From: Flavobacteriaceae bacterium
GTDB taxonomy: Bacteria > Bacteroidota > Bacteroidia > Flavobacteriales > Flavobacteriaceae
Direction: 5' to 3'
DNA: 32,000 bases
NCBI GenBank assembly: GCA_965224465.1
Contig: OZ245049.1
Span: 4,440,001 to 4,472,000, forward strand
Each line of letters begins with the position of its first letter. Position 1 is the stretch's first letter. Below, one piece after another: positions 27,854-32,000 of the stretch. Under the pieces are notes generated by a model. It saw only the letters and a list, made by a program, of their open reading frames with translations, was not told the DNA's origin and did no database searches. Position numbers and translations under genes: made by a program.

Positions 27854-28304
27854 ATTAAATAACGGTCTTTATTTAACAGTAGAAGAACTTAGCGAAGAAG
27901 GCAATGACTTATTCGAAAAAGAGCAATTTTTAGATGCCTTAAAGAAATATGAACAAGCATTAAATTTACTTCCTATTCCAAAAATAAACTGGGAAGCAAG
28001 CACATGGCTTTATACGAGCATAGCAGATGTGTATTTTTCAATTAATGATTTAGAAATAGCCAAAAACAATTATTACAATGCTCTTAATTGCCCAGAAGGT
28101 ATGGGCAACGCATATATTCATTTTAGTTTAGGTCAAGTTTTATTTCTACTAGGAGAGATTGATAAGTCTAGACAATCATTATTGCGTAGCTATATGTTAG
28201 AAGGGGAGGATATATTTAAAGATGAAGACCCAAAATTCAGAAAAAGTATTGAAAATTATTTAAAACCTCCGTCAAAAAAATCTCGTTTTTTATTAGATGA
28301 TTAA
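27846..28304 (+). CDS. TPR-like protein, candidate immunity for CT type A; KKSRFLLDD tail
   Basis: 152 aa, with 3 residue differences from 19153..19611. Confidence 0.6.
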   Translation: MNELNNGLYLTVEELSEEGNDLFEKEQFLDALKKYEQALNLLPIPKINWEASTWLYTSIADVYFSINDLEIAKNNYYNALNCPEGMGNAYIHFSLGQVLFLLGEIDKSRQSLLRSYMLEGEDIFKDEDPKFRKSIENYLKPPSKKSRFLLDD

Positions 28305-28364
28305 TTAAGGTAGTATAGTTCTTTGAAATACAGAAGTAAATACCCTTTATGATTATAGCCAAGA
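28275..28364 (+). repeat. R6 left part (tail + spacer); homology breaks at 28364
   Basis: Matches the other repeats up to ..GATTATAGCCAAGA, then diverges. Confidence 0.85.
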
Positions 28365-28375
28365 CGGCAACTAAT

Positions 28376-28418
28376 AAATACATTCCCAAGTGACGGTTTA
28401 TAAATAGAATTATTTTTT
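28376..28418. repeat. Small dispersed repeat, family X, replacing the 5' part of the cassette homology core
   Basis: AAATACATTCCCAAGTGACGGTTTATAAATAGAATTATTTT matches 11470..11510. The canonical core resumes at about 28413 (TTTTTTGTTTTTAGGAGCAGGGAAAGTTGTTGAGAAAGG) and runs to 28451. Confidence 0.65.
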
Positions 28419-28947
28419 GTTTTTAGGAGCAGGGAAAGTTGTTGAGAAAGGACTTAAATCATTAAAATTTACAGATGAAGTTCTAGATGTTGCTAATGCG
28501 ACAAACAAACAAAAAGGTAATTTTGGAGAGATAAAAGCAGCTGCTAACCTGTCAAAAAATAAGAAGTTAAAAAGTGCAGGGTATGACCTGACAAGAATTG
28601 GTGATAAAGCCCCGACAGGATTTAATAATACCATTAAAAAAGGAATTGACGGTTTGTACGAAAACGCAACTCCACCACCCAAGTTTGTAATAGATGAAGC
28701 TAAGTTTAATACCGCTCAACTTGGTAAAACCAAAGATGGCAAGCAGATGAGTGATGGATGGTTGTTAGGAGAAAAAACAGGAAATAATAGGCTAATAGAT
28801 CAAGTAGGTGATGTAAAAGCTGATGAAATAATGGAAGCACTAGAAAATGGAGAAGTGGAAAAAATTATAAGCCGTGTTGACGTAAATGGGAATGTAGTTA
28901 GTAAACAATTAAATAGTGCAGGTAATATTATAGGTAATTGGCCATAA
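28417..28947 (+). CDS. Orphan toxin cassette O6: CT type B' (PD-(D/E)xK-like variant) with a degraded 5' junction
   Basis: Starts at TTG inside the junction helix (FLGAGKVVEKG). It is near-identical to O1 through ..VIDEAK, after which the C-terminal half diverges. Confidence 0.55.
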   Translation: MFLGAGKVVEKGLKSLKFTDEVLDVANATNKQKGNFGEIKAAANLSKNKKLKSAGYDLTRIGDKAPTGFNNTIKKGIDGLYENATPPPKFVIDEAKFNTAQLGKTKDGKQMSDGWLLGEKTGNNRLIDQVGDVKADEIMEALENGEVEKIISRVDVNGNVVSKQLNSAGNIIGNWP

Positions 28948-28960
28948 CTAATATATAAAT

Positions 28961-29707
28961 ATGAAATTAAGAGATGTATTAAATACAGAAGAAGGATATC
29001 AAGAAATAATAGATAAAAAAGATCGATTTATTAATTCTAGGTTTGATAAAATAAAAAAACTAAAAAAAGATGAAATTGATGGGATTCAACAATATCCTAA
29101 GCCTAATTATGACATTATTATAAGTTCCAAAAAAAGCATTCTAACTTTTTATCGTGAAATACTTGAGACTAAATATTCAGTAGGAGAAGAATTGTCTGTA
29201 ATTAAACAGTATTATTTAGATGTTATTAACTTTATAAATGATTCTAAAACTCATTCAGGTTATGCAAATATTTTAAGATTAATTTCTATGGGGATTATGT
29301 TTGAAATAAATGAAGATGAGTTTAAGATACTAATTGAATTAGTAGAGAGGTATTTAAAGAAAACAAAAGATGAAGATTTTTTAATTGATTTTTTAATTAA
29401 TTTCTATAAACCGGATTGGATACAATCCAATACTTTTTTAATAAATATACCTTATAAAAACATTAATGGTATTATAGAATTATCAAAAAAGAGTAAGATA
29501 GAAGCATCAGTGAAATTAAATACATATATATCAAAATGTTGGTACAGAGGTATTATTGAAGTCGAAACTCATAAAAGCAAGTGGAATATTCATACAGGTT
29601 ATTGGAGTTGGGAAGCAGGTGCAATAGCAAAAATCCTAAATTTAGATGATAGTAGTTTAAAAGATCAACAATACTACCCTTATGATATGGTACATTTTAA
29701 AGATTAA
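28961..29707 (+). CDS. Candidate immunity protein for CT type B' (DUF1911/PoNi-like, tentative), variant
   Basis: 248 aa. The last ~47 aa are identical to those of 20258..21046, and the remainder is strongly diverged. Confidence 0.55.
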   Translation: MKLRDVLNTEEGYQEIIDKKDRFINSRFDKIKKLKKDEIDGIQQYPKPNYDIIISSKKSILTFYREILETKYSVGEELSVIKQYYLDVINFINDSKTHSGYANILRLISMGIMFEINEDEFKILIELVERYLKKTKDEDFLIDFLINFYKPDWIQSNTFLINIPYKNINGIIELSKKSKIEASVKLNTYISKCWYRGIIEVETHKSKWNIHTGYWSWEAGAIAKILNLDDSSLKDQQYYPYDMVHFKD

Positions 29708-29712
29708 TAATA

Positions 29713-30267
29713 ATGTGTTACATTTTAGAACTATCTTATTTATTAGTGAATAAGGATCAGAAAGATCAAATAAACATTCAAAAAGAAGTAAAACTATCTG
29801 TCAATAAACCTAAAGAATACTTTTCCTTATTTGCAAGTGATTTAGCAGAAAGAGGTATTGAGAAGCCAATTGTTGAATTGCCTTGGTTTGCAATGATTAA
29901 TGGATTGTATCGTGAGGGGTTTCTACAAGAATTAGATTGGAAATCTTATCCTGAAGATTTTGTAGAAGCGACTTTAGCGTTAATTAAATGTCATTCAAAT
30001 TCTAAGCAAATAAAAAATCAACTCCTAGATTTAGAATTTTTAAATAATGATTTAGAAGTAGAAGAAGTTATTATAAAAATTAATAAGGTACTACAAGAAT
30101 TCAATATTTTACTAATTATTATTGATATAGATAGTGATAGTTATCTTTTAAATAGGATCGAATTTGATAAAAAAGAAAGAGTTTTAGAGTTAGTTTCCTT
30201 TTTAGGTTACGGTAAAATTAAGATATATCGTAACAAAAAGAAGAGCCGTTTTTTATTAGACGAATAA
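29713..30267 (+). CDS. Hypothetical cassette-terminal protein; KKSRFLLDE tail
   Basis: 184 aa, with 2 residue differences from 21052..21606. Confidence 0.5.
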   Translation: MCYILELSYLLVNKDQKDQINIQKEVKLSVNKPKEYFSLFASDLAERGIEKPIVELPWFAMINGLYREGFLQELDWKSYPEDFVEATLALIKCHSNSKQIKNQLLDLEFLNNDLEVEEVIIKINKVLQEFNILLIIIDIDSDSYLLNRIEFDKKERVLELVSFLGYGKIKIYRNKKKSRFLLDE

Positions 30268-30405
30268 CGGATTACAAGCAGTTCTTTGAAATACAGAAGT
30301 AAATACCCTTTATGATTATAGCCAAGATAGTGACGAAGAAGCATTGTTTAAAGGTGTAGCCTTAGGTTTTTTGTTTTTAGGAGCTGGGAAAGTTGTTGAG
30401 AAAGG
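30235..30405 (+). repeat. R7 inter-cassette direct repeat (R2-type spacer)
   Basis: KKKSRFLLDE* tail, spacer CGGATTACAAGCAGTTCTTTGAAATACAG.., and the core with one substitution (GGAGCTGGG). Confidence 0.85.
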
Positions 30406-30838
30406 GTTTAGGGCACTTAAAAACAGTAAAGCCATTGTCGAAGTAACAGAACAGGTTACTAAGAAAATAAGTAAAAGGCTACAGTTTTTAGGAAGAACAC
30501 CTGGGAAATCCTCTAAAACAGGCAGAGAAGTTTTTGAAAGAATGTTAAACGGAAAACCTCCTACTGCAAGACTTGAGGACGATTTTGGAAATGTAACTAA
30601 AGAGTTTTGGGATTCTGATAATAAGGTATGGAGGGATGTTATGGAAGCAGATATGGGGCATATTGAGGATGCCGTTTCGTATTGGAATAACACAGGAAGA
30701 TACCTAGGGGCAAAATCTACAGAGGTACGTAAGTGGATGTTGGATTCAGATAATTATGTTTATGAGTATTTTAGAACGAATAGATCAAAAGGCGCAATAT
30801 TAGGAAAAACAACAACTTATTTACCTCCAATTAATTAA
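30344..30838 (+). CDS. Orphan toxin cassette O7: CT type A' (GH-E-like variant)
   Basis: 164 aa. Identical to type A except for a central patch (RLEDDFGNVTKEFWDSDNKVWRDVMEADMGH versus RVKRIGKKEIKEFWDYDNQKWRNIKEADMGH) and one later K/T change. Confidence 0.65.
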   Translation: MFKGVALGFLFLGAGKVVEKGFRALKNSKAIVEVTEQVTKKISKRLQFLGRTPGKSSKTGREVFERMLNGKPPTARLEDDFGNVTKEFWDSDNKVWRDVMEADMGHIEDAVSYWNNTGRYLGAKSTEVRKWMLDSDNYVYEYFRTNRSKGAILGKTTTYLPPIN

Positions 30839-30854
30839 TAAGAAAAAACAAAAA

Positions 30855-31295
30855 ATGGCAATATTAGAAGCAATTATTTATGATGAGATTATAGTAATAG
30901 GAAAAAAATCTGTAGAATCAATAAAAAAAGGAGATTTAAATAACTTCATTAAGTTTTCGGAATTAGCTTGGAATAAGTTTCCTGAGCCAAAAGAAAACTG
31001 GAATCAAACGTATAATTTTTGTAAAATGGTTTTTAAGCACTTGATAAATAGCAGTTTACTGTGTCAAGCTGAGGAGTGGCTAAACAGAATGGTTCTAAAT
31101 AACAACAAATTACACCTTTTTGATGTAGATATAGATTTCAATATTGGGAAATTGCATTTTGAAATGAAAGATTATACTAGAGCATTGGAAAAATGGAATT
31201 ATGTAGTAAAAGAAGCTGGTTATAGATATTTTGAAAGAGAAAATTCAAAATACAAAGATTTTTATCTAAATCCTGAAAAATACACAAATGAATGA
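30855..31295 (+). CDS. Variable helical-repeat protein, candidate immunity/accessory (allele 3 of 3)
   Basis: 146 aa. Shares YRYFERENSKYKDFYLNPEKYTNE with the other alleles, and the rest has diverged. Confidence 0.55.
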   Translation: MAILEAIIYDEIIVIGKKSVESIKKGDLNNFIKFSELAWNKFPEPKENWNQTYNFCKMVFKHLINSSLLCQAEEWLNRMVLNNNKLHLFDVDIDFNIGKLHFEMKDYTRALEKWNYVVKEAGYRYFERENSKYKDFYLNPEKYTNE

Positions 31296-31746
31296 ATTAA
31301 ATAACGGTCTTTATTTAACAGTAGAAGAACTTAGCGAAGAAGGCAATGACTTATTCGAAAAAGAGCAATTTTTAGATGCCTTAAAGAAATATGAACAAGC
31401 ATTAAATTTACTTCCTATTCCAAAAACAAACTGGGAAGCAAGCACATGGCTTTATACGAGCATAGCAGATGTGTATTTTTCAATTAATGATTTAGAAATA
31501 GCCAAAAACAATTATTACAATGCTCTTAATTGCCCAGAAGGTATGGGCAACGCATATATTCATTTTAGTTTAGGTCAAGTTTTATTTCTACTAGGAGAGA
31601 TTGATAAGTCCAGACAATCATTATTGCGTAGCTATATGTTAGAAGGGGAGGATATATTTAAAGATGAAGACCCAAAATTTAGAAAAAGTATTGAAAATTA
31701 TTTAAAACCTCCGCCAAAAAAATCACGTTTTTTATTAGATGATTAA
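31288..31746 (+). CDS. TPR-like protein, candidate immunity for CT type A; KKSRFLLDD tail
   Basis: 152 aa, with 1 residue difference from 19153..19611. Confidence 0.6.
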   Translation: MNELNNGLYLTVEELSEEGNDLFEKEQFLDALKKYEQALNLLPIPKTNWEASTWLYTSIADVYFSINDLEIAKNNYYNALNCPEGMGNAYIHFSLGQVLFLLGEIDKSRQSLLRSYMLEGEDIFKDEDPKFRKSIENYLKPPPKKSRFLLDD

Positions 31747-31885
31747 TTAAGGTAGTATAGTATTTTTGAAATACAGAAGTAAATACCCTTTATGATTATA
31801 GCCAAGATAGTGACGAAGAAGCATTGTTTAAAGGTGTAGCCTTAGGTTTTTTGTTTTTAGGAGCAGGGAAAGTTGTTGAGAAAGG
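31717..31885 (+). repeat. R8 inter-cassette direct repeat
   Basis: Same tail, spacer and core as R1. Confidence 0.9.
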
Positions 31886-32000
31886 ACTTAAATCATTAAA
31901 ATTTACAGATCAAGTTCTTGATGTTGCTAATGCGACAAACAAACAAAAAGGTAATTTTGGAGAGATAAAAGCAGCTGCTAACCTGTCAAAAAATAAGAAG
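31824..32000 (+). CDS. Orphan toxin cassette O8: CT type B, partial at the window end
   Basis: From the TTG at 31824 the sequence is identical to O1 (19689 onward) over the visible 177 nt. The frame is open to the window end, so the array continues beyond 32000. Confidence 0.6.
   Translation, partial: MFKGVALGFLFLGAGKVVEKGLKSLKFTDQVLDVANATNKQKGNFGEIKAAANLSKNKK

Noticed and set aside
18154-31885. The regularly recurring repeats might be a CRISPR array.
   Set aside because: The repeats are about 170 bp rather than 25-40 bp. The intervening sequences are 0.9-2 kb and full of long ORFs. The repeats overlap coding sequence, and no cas genes are present.
19582-31885. An integron-like or rAID-like cassette array driven by a site-specific recombinase (attC-type sites).
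   Set aside because: The window has no tyrosine or serine recombinase; the only recombinase is the IS3 DDE transposase. All repeats are direct, and I see no attC-like imperfect palindrome. The repeat core is simply identical to the expressed gene, which favours homologous recombination. A recombinase beyond 32 kb cannot be excluded.

Overview
AT-rich window that looks Bacteroidota/Flavobacteriia-like, an inference from lipoprotein signals, CarboxypepD_reg-type TonB-dependent receptors and a short T6SS-iii-style VgrG. The left 14 kb is ordinary. It holds a plus-strand carbohydrate cluster: a GH63 YgjK-like glucosidase, a three-domain kinase/M23/class-III aminotransferase fusion and a GH2 LacZ-like beta-galactosidase. 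It also holds two minus-strand outer-membrane receptors, one transcribed divergently from a Fur-family regulator across two palindromes. After about 1 kb of non-coding sequence, the right 17 kb is the interesting part. It starts with vgrG, an unknown 283-aa ORF, and a 357-aa effector built from a DUF4280/PAAR-like domain, a multi-TM segment and a nuclease-like C-terminal toxin (CT). At least eight promoterless-looking orphan toxin-CT/immunity cassettes follow, and the array runs off the 3' end of the window. Each cassette is bounded by a direct repeat of about 170 bp. The repeat begins inside the preceding ORF, giving four unrelated proteins the same KKSRFLLD[D/E] tail. It ends inside the next toxin module, whose last 74 nt or so match the expressed gene and encode a Gly-rich hydrophobic helix. 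There are four toxin families: A GH-E-like HNH, B PD-(D/E)xK-like, C NucA/NucB-like and D HNH-like. Their partner ORFs look like immunity proteins (SMI1/KNR4, DUF1911-like, TPR-like, HEAT-like). The expressed CT differs by 1 nt from silent cassette O5. The variant cassettes are mosaics of identical flanks around hypervariable islands. One repeat carries an IS3 insertion with a 3-bp duplication, one cassette has an A7-tract frameshift, and one has lost its 5' homology to a small dispersed repeat. All family names come from motif recognition by eye. No searches were run.
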